From IMG/VR virus record IMGVR_UViG_3300044972_001024: a DNA stretch of 64,000 bases. One strand, written 5' to 3'. The translations under genes were made by a program, and so were the position numbers. The notes beneath the pieces were generated by a model. The model was given only the letters and a program-made list of their open reading frames with translations, searched no databases and was not told the DNA's origin. The first letter of the stretch is position 1. Each line of letters begins with the position of its first letter. Shown one piece after another: positions 36,667-47,216 of the stretch. Source of the DNA: an uncultured virus (IMG/VR IMGVR_UViG_3300044972_001024) (Duplodnaviria; Heunggongvirae; Uroviricota; Caudoviricetes).

Positions 36667-37946
36667 AGTTTTGAAATCAATTGATATAATTCCGGATTAA
36701 CAGTGTTTAAACTCTGTTCTCTATGCTGATCCAGAAGCAGTGTAAACTCTTTAAATTTTATAAGTTCTGTCTCATTATACATGTCTTTATTACATTTGTC
36801 AACTATTACATTAATTCTACCCACAAAATGAGGATTTAATGATGATCTAGATGTTTTCAAAAACTCGTTAAGTTTAATCAATGCTCGTTGTTTCATATCA
36901 TATGGGAGAATTTCAAACGTCAAGTGAGTGGGAAATGTTAATACTATAGGTAAAATGTTTACTCTATTAAATCCATATTCTTCATTTATTGAATCAATCC
37001 ATTTAAAGAATTCAGTGATCTGACTGAGATTAACCGACTGAACAACTGGAGTGCAATGTATAGTTATTCTATGTGGATCCATTTTTGCCAATTTACGAAT
37101 GTTGGTTTCAAATACCGACCACTTGGCTGGATATCTAAGATACTCATGAACATTACCATATCCCTCACAACTTGCCAAAAATGTCACACTCTTAAACTGA
37201 TTTATTAAATCCAAAAACTTAGGTTGAATGTTTGTCATGTTAGTACTAAAAATTAATGACACAGACTGTGATCGTCCAGTTTCAACCAATCTATTCAATA
37301 TTGCATAGTTTTGTTCAATAATAGTTGGTTCACCACCAGTAAAATATAGTTGTTCTACGTTGTCTTCTTGAGATACAAAATTTTCCCAAAATTCAGATGT
37401 TTGATACCAATCATTGATATTGTCAACTTTTTTATCATTGAACAAAAAATATTTTCTTATTTCCGGATTATTAATCTGTATTTCTCTTGACTCTTTTAAC
37501 AATTGTACACTATTAACAGGACCACAACTTCTACATTTTAGATTACACATATTGCCAAATCTCAAATCAAAATATTTAATATCTGGTTCAATTTGATAAT
37601 CTTGTAATTCACTGTCTAGTATCTTTTGAGTTAGTTCTGGGTCTTTTTCAAACCATCCTTTAGTATATGTCTGTCGCTGACTAATACCGCCAGAAGATTC
37701 TTCATCGTAACATGTCTGACATGTAGTTGGGCGAACGTCTGTCATCATATCTTTTCTCAGTGATTTCATATAATCGCTGTTGAAAAATGTTTCAATTTTA
37801 TCATACCCTAAATTATATGGCTTGCCAGTTGCATCCACATTTCTATTTCTTGTCAGACAGCATGGTTTAATTTCCCCACCAGGATCTGCAGCCACATGAA
37901 TGAATGGCAAAACACAGAAACTAGAATTTTTTATTTTATTAGACAT
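36663..37946 (-). CDS. Radical SAM protein with N-terminal SPASM/twitch-like Cys domain
   Basis: CNLKCRSC, TGGEP; FC, PCC, CQTC. Confidence 0.9.
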   Translation of the reverse strand: MSNKIKNSSFCVLPFIHVAADPGGEIKPCCLTRNRNVDATGKPYNLGYDKIETFFNSDYMKSLRKDMMTDVRPTTCQTCYDEESSGGISQRQTYTKGWFEKDPELTQKILDSELQDYQIEPDIKYFDLRFGNMCNLKCRSCGPVNSVQLLKESREIQINNPEIRKYFLFNDKKVDNINDWYQTSEFWENFVSQEDNVEQLYFTGGEPTIIEQNYAILNRLVETGRSQSVSLIFSTNMTNIQPKFLDLINQFKSVTFLASCEGYGNVHEYLRYPAKWSVFETNIRKLAKMDPHRITIHCTPVVQSVNLSQITEFFKWIDSINEEYGFNRVNILPIVLTFPTHLTFEILPYDMKQRALIKLNEFLKTSRSSLNPHFVGRINVIVDKCNKDMYNETELIKFKEFTLLLDQHREQSLNTVNPELYQLISKL

Positions 37947-39201
37947 TGATATCTTCTTGATTATAATAATTTAAATAATATTCGGCAACTTCCGGTATAT
38001 TGACACGAAAATCTTGATTTCTTTCTTTATCAGTAACTTTGGTAAAATACAAAAATTCTTGAAATGTATTAACATCTGAACTAAGATTAATAGTCTCAAT
38101 AATATTGGTCAATCGGCCCTTGAGCCAATGACTATTTTTAAAGTTATTAACCAAATCACTGTTCATCAATTCATTCAACCGTTTGAGAGCCTCAATTTTC
38201 ATTTCATCTGGCATATTATTAACTGCTAAAAATTTTGGATTACTAAGCATACAGAGTACTGGAGTAATATTTAATTCAGATATAGTCCATTCTAGAATTT
38301 CTTTTAAATATAACACATTTAGATTTTGAACAGTAGTATTAGTGGTCAAGTAAAAATTTTCATTTAAATATGGACGTAATTTAATTAAATTTTCCTCAAT
38401 AGTAGTCCAAGATAATCCACTTCTAATATATTCATGAACTTGTTTATATCCATCTAAACTAATATCAATGTTAACGGTTTTAAATGTACTTAAATCTTCT
38501 AACAATTGTACAGTGATTTTAGTAAAATTAGTATTGACATACAGATCAATATGTTTACTATGGCCAGATTTTGCTGCTTCGGATATCAAGTGATTAGTTG
38601 ATTCATTTAAAAATGGTTCTCCTCCACTGAATCTTAATACTTCAATGTTTTCAAAATTTTTAATAGTTTCTAAAAAATACTTGTCATGTATTACAGTACT
38701 ACTGCCTGAGCCAAAACTTAATTTATGCCATCCTGGTTCAGTTTTTTGTATTTTGTTATACTCTTTTTCAATAAGTATACTACATGATGGGTAACACATA
38801 CGACATTTTAGATTACATATGCTACCGGTTCTAACTTCAACACTGACTGGTCCAGTCATGGTTGTTTCACTGAGATATTCATCATACATTTTCTGAAATT
38901 CTGGTCTTTTTGGACCATTATACCAATATGACAATAGATCCAATCTCAGACTACTACCACCCTTGTCTTCCGCTTTATAACAGACTTGACACTGTGGTAA
39001 TTTTACATCATTGATCATTTTTTTACGAACATTGTTAAGTTCATTACAGTTCCATACTTCAGTCATATTTGCACTGTCACTACTGAACAATTTTCCATCA
39101 TTGTCTTTTATTCCGTCATTGATCAGACAACAATATTTAATTTTACTGTCGGTGCTATTAGTCAGATATATAAATGGATTGGGACAAAATGAAGAATTCA
39201 T
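37939..39201 (-). CDS. Radical SAM protein with N-terminal SPASM/twitch-like Cys domain
   Basis: CNLKCRMC, SGGEP; FC, YCC, CQVC. Confidence 0.9.
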   Translation of the reverse strand: MNSSFCPNPFIYLTNSTDSKIKYCCLINDGIKDNDGKLFSSDSANMTEVWNCNELNNVRKKMINDVKLPQCQVCYKAEDKGGSSLRLDLLSYWYNGPKRPEFQKMYDEYLSETTMTGPVSVEVRTGSICNLKCRMCYPSCSILIEKEYNKIQKTEPGWHKLSFGSGSSTVIHDKYFLETIKNFENIEVLRFSGGEPFLNESTNHLISEAAKSGHSKHIDLYVNTNFTKITVQLLEDLSTFKTVNIDISLDGYKQVHEYIRSGLSWTTIEENLIKLRPYLNENFYLTTNTTVQNLNVLYLKEILEWTISELNITPVLCMLSNPKFLAVNNMPDEMKIEALKRLNELMNSDLVNNFKNSHWLKGRLTNIIETINLSSDVNTFQEFLYFTKVTDKERNQDFRVNIPEVAEYYLNYYNQEDINV

Positions 39202-40172
39202 TAATACTTACTCACTTCTATATCAACTGAACAAGCACATCTTTCCTTATTGCAAATCACTGGATCAATAGGAAGATCAAAATCATCATCTAATAGATTT
39301 GCTATTTTACCACCCACATGACAGTAACCTCTATAAACATCTTCAAATTCTAATATTAATCCTTCCAAGCCAATATTACATGTCAGACCATTAAATTTAT
39401 TTAAATCTTTAGCGATAAGAGTCTTATAATCAAGTCTTTCAGTTGTTTGATCATCATATGTTACAGTAGCTGGCCCACGCCCAATTTTTCCACCACTTTG
39501 AGCTAGTTTATGTTTTGGTATATCATGAGATCCATAAAAATTAGGAGGATTTGCTAAAAATTGTCTTTGCTCTTCAGTATAAGAATATAGTAGACCTTCA
39601 TTAGTAGTTCCAAAATTTTGTTGAATTGGAAGATGAATTACACCTACATTTCTCTTGAGTTTTTTAAATTCATTTGCATATCCTATTAGTTCGTCCCAAT
39701 GATCTGGATCCATCATGATATCAACATTGATCCAACAGTGTTGGCTTAGATACTCAACTTTTTCATAGAACTTGTCAAATTTAGTAAATTCTGGATGATA
39801 ACTGAATACCATATGAGTAAGATATGGTTCTATTTCTTTCCACCATTCTAAACCACGACCACTATTACTAGTCATAGTTACTTCACATCCATTCTCTCTG
39901 AGATATTTAACTATCTCTATGAATTCTGGATGTAATGTTGGTTCACCACCACTAAAGGCAATAATTATTTTAGTATCTGAACTCAATTTACTTTTTAAAT
40001 TAGTATATAACTTTTTTACATGTTCAAATGTAATATGTCGTCTATTACCACCATTGAGTCCTGGTGGACAATAACTACATCTATAATTACAAAAATCATG
40101 CAGAGTCCAACATATAAAAAATGTTTTTCTGTTTACTGAATCCAATTGTCTTTCTATCTTGATTACTTTCAT
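39201..40172 (-). CDS. Radical SAM protein with C-terminal Cys cluster
   Basis: CNYRCSYC, SGGEPT; C-term C..C..C.C cluster (TCNIG, YCHV, ICNKERCAC). Confidence 0.9.
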   Translation of the reverse strand: MKVIKIERQLDSVNRKTFFICWTLHDFCNYRCSYCPPGLNGGNRRHITFEHVKKLYTNLKSKLSSDTKIIIAFSGGEPTLHPEFIEIVKYLRENGCEVTMTSNSGRGLEWWKEIEPYLTHMVFSYHPEFTKFDKFYEKVEYLSQHCWINVDIMMDPDHWDELIGYANEFKKLKRNVGVIHLPIQQNFGTTNEGLLYSYTEEQRQFLANPPNFYGSHDIPKHKLAQSGGKIGRGPATVTYDDQTTERLDYKTLIAKDLNKFNGLTCNIGLEGLILEFEDVYRGYCHVGGKIANLLDDDFDLPIDPVICNKERCACSVDIEVSKY

Positions 40173-40177
40173 TTATA

Positions 40178-41275
40178 TTAATCCGTGTTTTTACAAAATG
40201 ATTTAAAAGTTTCGAATAATTCTGATTTCTGTGAAGATTCAAAATCAACTTTGTTCCAATGATAATCATATATTGATTCAATTATAGTAACATCATTATC
40301 ATCAATCACTGATATTTTAAAAATATCCAAATATTTACTAAGATATTGTTCAATTTCCAGAGGAGACATGTTCGTATATGGAGTTAAATCAACCGTTGCT
40401 ACATGTAACCACCCATGAGCCAAATATTTATCGTCGATTGAAAGTCCATTCAATTCTAGCCATTTAGCATATTTGTCAATATTATTTTGATGATGAAGTC
40501 TATTATCAGTTCCGGCACCAAAATCTATAGTTATTTCCCCACTAACATATCGTAAACCACTGATACCAGAATCGTGAATATCTTGATCTCCATCTACATA
40601 TGCTTCCCAATGAATCTTTCCAATTTGACAATAACCTAGAAACACTCTACCAGCGCCACGTTGAAGAGTAAAATGATCATGATCTTCAGGCTCTAACAAT
40701 TCTCTTGGGCCATTTATAAATGCTATAATAGCTGATGGATTAATTCCATCTGGGTATACATTCTTTGCTCGAATCTGCTTGATTAAAATTTCCATTTCAT
40801 GACAATGATTGTTTAATTGTCTGATAGCATATCTAGTTTCATTATCGGCATTTATAAACCAATCACTGATATTCCAAACTTGACCCTGAAGTATTTCAAA
40901 ATGATGATGTAATTTATTAAACAAATCATGATTCACTTGAAAATCCGATGTCATAACATTTGACTCATTGAATACTTCTGTTATAATATATTTTTCTGTC
41001 CATAGACATTTTGGACTGTCATTATAATTATTAATCACATTAATAAATTTCATAAGATTGTTCGTCAAATATTTTAAATCACGAGATCCATCTGGCCAAC
41101 CTACCCAACAATAATTTTTCTCTAGTTTAAGATTCTCTGTCAGACAGTGTGTTAGTTTTTCGATCCATTTTTTACCAATTGGGGCATCTTTTGGTATAAT
41201 ATATACATCATGAGTTTCTGACTCATTTAATGGATTTCTTAATGTTAACTTAACTTTCATGTTAGTCCTTGACAT
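40178..41275 (-). CDS. Hypothetical protein embedded in radical SAM array
   Basis: No CxxxCxxC; paired NKLHHHFE and LNNHCHEME helices. Confidence 0.75.
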   Translation of the reverse strand: MSRTNMKVKLTLRNPLNESETHDVYIIPKDAPIGKKWIEKLTHCLTENLKLEKNYCWVGWPDGSRDLKYLTNNLMKFINVINNYNDSPKCLWTEKYIITEVFNESNVMTSDFQVNHDLFNKLHHHFEILQGQVWNISDWFINADNETRYAIRQLNNHCHEMEILIKQIRAKNVYPDGINPSAIIAFINGPRELLEPEDHDHFTLQRGAGRVFLGYCQIGKIHWEAYVDGDQDIHDSGISGLRYVSGEITIDFGAGTDNRLHHQNNIDKYAKWLELNGLSIDDKYLAHGWLHVATVDLTPYTNMSPLEIEQYLSKYLDIFKISVIDDNDVTIIESIYDYHWNKVDFESSQKSELFETFKSFCKNTD

Positions 41276-42669
41276 AGTTTATAAAATTCTTCATACTCTG
41301 GAAATGTTTTTAAAAAATTAGTATCTCGACGACGATCATGTTCGTCTACGAAAATAACAAAATCTTTTCTATATATATTCAATTGATCATCTATCAATGC
41401 ATCTTTATGTAACATAAATGCTTGCAATCTTTTAACTTTATCTATTTCAAGTTGTGTGAATCCGAAAGGTACATTTTTATGTTGTTCCATATATAATTCA
41501 GTTTCTTTCAAATATTTTACAAACTCATTAGGAAGTATGTTAATACATTGATGTGGAGGATATCTCAGATATGGATTATCATATGTAACTATTTTGCCCT
41601 GAGGATGAAATTCTTTTCGTAACTCATGAAAAAATTTAATTAAATTAGGAAAATCAGGCACTGAAAATATATTGAAAGTTACTGTGAAACCTATTCTACA
41701 GTTGTCAACAGTGTTTAAGTACTTGTAAACATTTCTTTTAAATTGTTCCCAATCAAGTCCATCTCTTCCATATTCTGCTTGTTTACCAGTAGCATCAATA
41801 CTAAGAAATAATTTAAAATTTTGAATAACATTAGCATTTTCTATCTCAATTGCCGCTTCTAAAATCTTATCAATGAGTGAATCAGGTACACATAAATTAC
41901 TGTTGACAACCATTTCTAAATTTTTATTTTCATGAGTTTTAACATAGTCAAGTAATTTAAAAGTATGCTTACTCATTAGCGGCTCGCCGCCAGTCACTCT
42001 GAGAACTTTAACATGAGGATACATTTTAGGTAAGTAATCCCAAAAAGCGTCAATATACGGATTGTCATCTGACTCTTTGATATATGGTAATGCTTGTCCT
42101 TTTAGACCAAAATTATTAAATTTTGTACTAGTATTATATCCTCCATACTTCTGAATTTCTTCTAACCACTTAGAACTAACTCCTGGATTACAGTAACTAC
42201 ATTTTAAATTGCAGGTAGTAGAAAAACTAAGTTCAACGTGTCTAGGATAAACATTTTCATCACCTGTCATATTTTTAAAATCTGCTAAATCATACTTGGT
42301 CCATTTCTCATCGTTTCTGATAATTCTGTCACTGATGTGACCCAAATCTTCCATGTTCCAGCAGTATTGACATTCTTTAGGTCTTTCTCCATTTAACATC
42401 AATTTTCGTTGACTCTTTTTATATTCAGTATTATGAATAGCACCAGAATCTTTTTTTAATTCTTCAAGTGGAATTTTGTGAGTCCATGGATGATAACAAC
42501 TATGAGTTTCACCATGAGCCAAATGTATAGTAGTCATGTACCATTTTGCAGCACAAAAAGTCGGACTAATTTCATTTGCCTGATCATAGCTTTTTATATC
42601 ACTACTAGCCTGAATATTTTTTCTTGGAATAATATTAATAATTTTAGATTTATTCACTAGTTTGCCCAT
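41257..42669 (-). CDS. Radical SAM protein (FCAAKW/SCYH subtype)
   Basis: CNLKCSYC, TGGEP; FC, SCYHP, CQYC. Confidence 0.9.
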   Translation of the reverse strand: MGKLVNKSKIINIIPRKNIQASSDIKSYDQANEISPTFCAAKWYMTTIHLAHGETHSCYHPWTHKIPLEELKKDSGAIHNTEYKKSQRKLMLNGERPKECQYCWNMEDLGHISDRIIRNDEKWTKYDLADFKNMTGDENVYPRHVELSFSTTCNLKCSYCNPGVSSKWLEEIQKYGGYNTSTKFNNFGLKGQALPYIKESDDNPYIDAFWDYLPKMYPHVKVLRVTGGEPLMSKHTFKLLDYVKTHENKNLEMVVNSNLCVPDSLIDKILEAAIEIENANVIQNFKLFLSIDATGKQAEYGRDGLDWEQFKRNVYKYLNTVDNCRIGFTVTFNIFSVPDFPNLIKFFHELRKEFHPQGKIVTYDNPYLRYPPHQCINILPNEFVKYLKETELYMEQHKNVPFGFTQLEIDKVKRLQAFMLHKDALIDDQLNIYRKDFVIFVDEHDRRRDTNFLKTFPEYEEFYKLCQGLT

Positions 42670-44068
42670 AATAATTTGAGTTCATCATATATTCCAATGT
42701 AGGGAAAGTTTTAATAAAACTTGTATTTCTGCGCTGATCACACGTATTGATAAAACTACGAAAATCATCATAATGAGTCTGACTTTCTGGTTTAGAAGTA
42801 ATCATATAGTCACATAATCTTTTTATCTGATCTAACTCTTCAACATAAAACGTATGAAAACTTTCATATTCTTCTGTAATTACAAAATCTTCAACAAAAC
42901 TTATCCATTCTTTAGCAAAATTTTGTTTATCTTTTAAAGATAATAAATTTAAACTTAAAAACTGAGGCCAACGTAAATAACTGATCATAGTTCTGACTCT
43001 AAAATCATGCCGATTAAGAAAATATTTTTCTCTCCATGTTTGAATTAATTCTAAAAAATTAATAAATGTTGGAGCACTCATAAGATTAACCGTAGTCATA
43101 ATATGAAGTCTAGAATTATTTGGTGTGTTTTTTAAAAAATATTCACAATTGTCTTTGAATTGATTGTATACCATTCCACTACGAGCATATTCTGCCTGAC
43201 TGTCAGTACTTTCAATACTAGTATATACATCAAAATCTTTAATTTGAGGGGCAATTATCTGTATATATTCTATTAATTTTTTGATTAAATTAACAGGAAC
43301 ATTCATATTAGTATTGATTGCCAGTGTCAGATCCGATCTTGGATTTTCTTTTATGTATTCCAATACAGCCCATGTATGTTTGCTAAGTAATGGTTCACCA
43401 CCAGTAATTCTAAATGTATGAAGTTTAGGATAAAGAGTTGGCCACCATTCCCAAAATGCATCAATATATGGATTTGGACTGTCTCTATGTATTGGCAATT
43501 TTCCTTTTTGTTTAAGCCAAACAACGTCATGAAGTTTATATCCAGTTACTGAAATTGGACCATGATGACTAACTTCTTCTTGCCATCTAGAACTACTTTC
43601 TGGACTACAATATAAGCATTTAAAATTACAGGTGTTTTCAAATGCAACTTCCATATATGTAGGATCAATATTTTTTCCAATTCCGCTTTTCTTTATTTCT
43701 TCTAAATGAGGCCAGGCCCAAGAATAACTTGATTTATAAATTCTATCACTAATATAATTATTATCTAAATTTTCAATGTTCCAACAGTAATCACATTCTT
43801 TGGTCTGTATACCATCTAACATTTCTTGTCTAGCTTTAAGTTTAACTTGAGTATTATGAATACCAGTTGGATTATCTTTAATGTCACTGAGTTGTATTTT
43901 ATGACGACTTGGATGATGACAACTGTGTGTTTCTCCATTATATAATAATATCGTACTTTGAACCCATTTTGCCGAACAAAAAGTAGGACTTACTTGATTG
44001 ATAATATCTCTTTTATTTTTAATTTCTATAATGGTTCTATCATATTTAATAGGTTGTTTATCAGTCAT
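42650..44068 (-). CDS. Radical SAM protein (FCSAKW/SCHH subtype)
   Basis: CNFKCLYC, TGGEP; FC, SCHHP, CDYC; TAATG-coupled start. Confidence 0.9.
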   Translation of the reverse strand: MTDKQPIKYDRTIIEIKNKRDIINQVSPTFCSAKWVQSTILLYNGETHSCHHPSRHKIQLSDIKDNPTGIHNTQVKLKARQEMLDGIQTKECDYCWNIENLDNNYISDRIYKSSYSWAWPHLEEIKKSGIGKNIDPTYMEVAFENTCNFKCLYCSPESSSRWQEEVSHHGPISVTGYKLHDVVWLKQKGKLPIHRDSPNPYIDAFWEWWPTLYPKLHTFRITGGEPLLSKHTWAVLEYIKENPRSDLTLAINTNMNVPVNLIKKLIEYIQIIAPQIKDFDVYTSIESTDSQAEYARSGMVYNQFKDNCEYFLKNTPNNSRLHIMTTVNLMSAPTFINFLELIQTWREKYFLNRHDFRVRTMISYLRWPQFLSLNLLSLKDKQNFAKEWISFVEDFVITEEYESFHTFYVEELDQIKRLCDYMITSKPESQTHYDDFRSFINTCDQRRNTSFIKTFPTLEYMMNSNYYGQTSE

Positions 44069-45012
44069 TACCATCCTTCTTGTGATCTAATTACTGACAT
44101 TTCAGTAATCATTGGACCAATATTGTGCCAATTTTTACTGATATATTCTTTGAAAAATAAACTTTGTTGTTCATCAAACTCTACAATGTTAGTTCCCAAA
44201 TGTGTGTTTAATTGCTTACCAATTTCAACACACTCCGCTGGTCCATCATTTTTATGTATTTCCCATAGCTCATCTAACTTATTAAAATCTCTTACGTCAG
44301 TATGATCCCATGAATCTTGTAACATAAGATAATGTGTGCCACATCTGGCCCCATGTATTGCCCAAAAACCATTATCTACATCACGTCCAATGGTATGCCA
44401 TATGCTTAAATTTCGTAAGTTACTAGGCCATACCCATTTTAAAAATTCTTGTTTACTAGATGGTATTACTCCCTGTCTAGTACACATCTTAACACCTTCT
44501 CTGAATCCCGCTCTCCATGCCTGTTTTGCAGTATGATTGATATAAGTAGTACTGTAGCAATCATGCATTGGCCAATAAAGTGGATCAAAACAAAACTCAA
44601 TATTAGTCTGATCTGTACCATCAGTATTCTCGTGAGTTTTCATGCTATTAACAAATGTTCTTGTCCAACTACTCATACCACCATTACCGTAGTACAATCC
44701 ATTTACATGATTCTTGGCTCTCCAACGAAATTGAGCGTTTTTGTTTTGTTCTGTAATCTCTAATGTTAAATCAAAAAATTTAGAATCTGGCATATTATCG
44801 CCATCTATTAGAATGAATCTCTCGGTATCTGATAATTCGGCTGCAGCCTTATGTGCAGCATCACTACCATAAACGCCATCTACTCGTTTTGCCCATGGTA
44901 TCATGTTCTTTATTTTTACCCAAAATTGCTCTTTCTGCGGCTCATCATAACTTAGATATATACAATCTAAGTCAGCAACATCTACATATTCTATAATTTT
45001 TTCAGTATTCAT
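44068..45012 (-). CDS. Glycosyltransferase-like (GT-A) protein
   Basis: RVDGVYGSDAAHKAAA, FILIDGDN (DxD), AWRAGFREGVKM. Confidence 0.6.
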   Translation of the reverse strand: MNTEKIIEYVDVADLDCIYLSYDEPQKEQFWVKIKNMIPWAKRVDGVYGSDAAHKAAAELSDTERFILIDGDNMPDSKFFDLTLEITEQNKNAQFRWRAKNHVNGLYYGNGGMSSWTRTFVNSMKTHENTDGTDQTNIEFCFDPLYWPMHDCYSTTYINHTAKQAWRAGFREGVKMCTRQGVIPSSKQEFLKWVWPSNLRNLSIWHTIGRDVDNGFWAIHGARCGTHYLMLQDSWDHTDVRDFNKLDELWEIHKNDGPAECVEIGKQLNTHLGTNIVEFDEQQSLFFKEYISKNWHNIGPMITEMSVIRSQEGW

Positions 45013-45021
45013 ACTGAATAT

Positions 45022-45318
45022 TTAGTTAGTGAATTTGTAGTCCCATAATTTGTATGATAAACTATTATTCACTATTATGGATATATCATCATAATCACAC
45101 ATTATACAGGTATCAGTTGACTCAGTTATCAATTGATATTTGGAAATACTATTCTCATATAAAGACTTTATTTTACCATCTACTACTTTGATGTCATATC
45201 TACTAGCCTCGAAAGTTTTTTGATCTACATCAATGTAATCTTCATCCAAATCTTCCATACTGTAGTATTTTGGTGTTCCATCTTGTTTATTATAATATAA
45301 TTTATATTTTGATGTCAT
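45022..45318 (-). CDS. Hypothetical protein
   Basis: 98-aa ORF overlapping the upstream gene. Confidence 0.65.
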   Translation of the reverse strand: MTSKYKLYYNKQDGTPKYYSMEDLDEDYIDVDQKTFEASRYDIKVVDGKIKSLYENSISKYQLITESTDTCIMCDYDDISIIVNNSLSYKLWDYKFTN

Positions 45319-46069
45319 ATGCCAATTCCAAATCTGATGCTAATGATTTAATATGATAATGTACTGGGTATAATTGACTAATAGTGTTTATTCTAAAGTC
45401 CGAGTCAATTAATTCCCAAATCATTTCTTTAGTCCAATCATCCATTAACCCATTGTGTATTCTCTGTTTCATATGAACAAATTGAATTGAACTGTTAGGT
45501 ATTGTACATTGTTCTATACCAATAATATTAGCCGCTATTGCATATACTGTATCAGTATCTCCATAGGTCAACTCACTTGAATATGATAAATTATTATTTA
45601 TTTCTTGCCAATTTTCAAATATTAGTTTTACAATGTCAAAGAATTGTTTTGACAATAATGATTTTTTAAAATAAGTTATTCCATTATATACATCTGGTAA
45701 ATTATTTTTATCAAATACTTGACGATAATACCTAGATTTAGATACATGTTGTTTGTAATCTCTACATCCAGTTGCAATATGCAAATCACGATTTTTCATT
45801 GAATTCCACCAACTATCCAATGATCTGGTAACTATCATATCTGCTTCTAATTTGAACGTTTCATCATATGGAGATTGTTCATATACTTGCCAATCATCTG
45901 CATATGGTCCATATGTTGCACTACTAACTTTATCATTAGATATATCAGTCAATATCGTAACAGGTCTTATATCACCCACCGCCCTTAATGATTTAACCAA
46001 TACTTGAGCACATGTTTGATAGTCTACAGTGTCGGTATTAATTGCTTGAATGATATATCCCTGTGTCAT
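45302..46069 (-). CDS. Glycosyltransferase-like (GT-A) protein
   Basis: SPYDETFKLEADM, YNGITYF, DTD, FVHMK. Confidence 0.65.
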   Translation of the reverse strand: MTQGYIIQAINTDTVDYQTCAQVLVKSLRAVGDIRPVTILTDISNDKVSSATYGPYADDWQVYEQSPYDETFKLEADMIVTRSLDSWWNSMKNRDLHIATGCRDYKQHVSKSRYYRQVFDKNNLPDVYNGITYFKKSLLSKQFFDIVKLIFENWQEINNNLSYSSELTYGDTDTVYAIAANIIGIEQCTIPNSSIQFVHMKQRIHNGLMDDWTKEMIWELIDSDFRINTISQLYPVHYHIKSLASDLELAYDIKI

Positions 46070-46872
46070 TTATCATTCTCAATAACAGAAAACAAAGAAT
46101 CTTTATTTAAAATATGCAAGTCTTGATTATATGTAGTGATTCTGTAGTCAGCAACTTTATTGTTTACTCGTTTATTAAATTTTAATTCCCAACTATGTGA
46201 ACTTTTCAGTAATACTTGTGTATTGAATTCTACATTTATTAAACTCCACGGAATTTCTACAGTGATTGGAATAGCATGCCCATATACAGTATTTAACGCA
46301 ATACTTAATGCGAAATCATTACGAAATGGATTTGATCTAAAACGATATAACTTACTGTAATGATCATAATTTTTCTGAATCATTTTCATCATATCAAATA
46401 CACATTTTGACTCATTACTTTTATCAAAATATATAACCGTTGCCCAGAACATTTCTAATTCTTTTCCAAAATATTCTATCTCAGAATAGATTTGACTACC
46501 TAGATATATTCTTCGTTTATGACACAAAAATGATTGATTAATATCAAACAATTTTAGTAGTTTGTTACTATGACATATGTAATCAGTATCAATTAAAATG
46601 GTTTGATCAAACGGACTTAAGTTATATGCCTGATATCTTTCAAAATTATTCCATTGTTCTTTTATACCCGTAGATTGTTGAACACGAGATTGAGGAGTTT
46701 CTGACTTGATATTAATCACATGATCAAAGATTGAGTCTTTGATATCTTTATCGGTTACTAATGCAACTGGCAAATTTAAATGTTCTTTTATTTTTTGTGC
46801 ACAATATTTTGCCATTGTGGTATATGATTTTGTTTCAGTATCAATTGCAAATAATAATATTCCTCTGGTCAT
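46066..46872 (-). CDS. Glycosyltransferase-like (GT-A) protein
   Basis: LSPFDQTILIDTDY (DxD), WATVIYF, RNDFALS, LHILNK; paralog of the downstream gene; start corrected to TAATG-coupled ATG. Confidence 0.7.
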   Translation of the reverse strand: MTRGILLFAIDTETKSYTTMAKYCAQKIKEHLNLPVALVTDKDIKDSIFDHVINIKSETPQSRVQQSTGIKEQWNNFERYQAYNLSPFDQTILIDTDYICHSNKLLKLFDINQSFLCHKRRIYLGSQIYSEIEYFGKELEMFWATVIYFDKSNESKCVFDMMKMIQKNYDHYSKLYRFRSNPFRNDFALSIALNTVYGHAIPITVEIPWSLINVEFNTQVLLKSSHSWELKFNKRVNNKVADYRITTYNQDLHILNKDSLFSVIENDK

Positions 46873-47180
46873 TATCGTTGTCCATTGATTTTTTCTGAAC
46901 ATTCGAGCCAACTTGACATAGTGGTTTTGTAGGATTCAATACACATGTCTAATAATATTAAACGATTAACACTTACTGGATTTTCATATATGTCCAATAA
47001 TATGACATTGTCTCCCATTTGTGTTATTGATAAAAAAGATATTAATTCTGGACTTGAGCGAAATGTCCCACCAGAAATAGTCACTAATAGTTGTGACTCA
47101 TGATTTTCTTTATTTGATATTTTGGCTAGACTGTGTAAGTACTTAGTTTTACTAGTCTGTTTGATAAGTTCTGTATTCAT
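46872..47180 (-). CDS. Hypothetical protein
   Basis: 102 aa, ATAAGTA 5 nt upstream. Confidence 0.7.
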   Translation of the reverse strand: MNTELIKQTSKTKYLHSLAKISNKENHESQLLVTISGGTFRSSPELISFLSITQMGDNVILLDIYENPVSVNRLILLDMCIESYKTTMSSWLECSEKINGQR

Positions 47181-47216
47181 GCAAATACTTATTCTATTTG
47201 CATAAGATTAGAAAAT

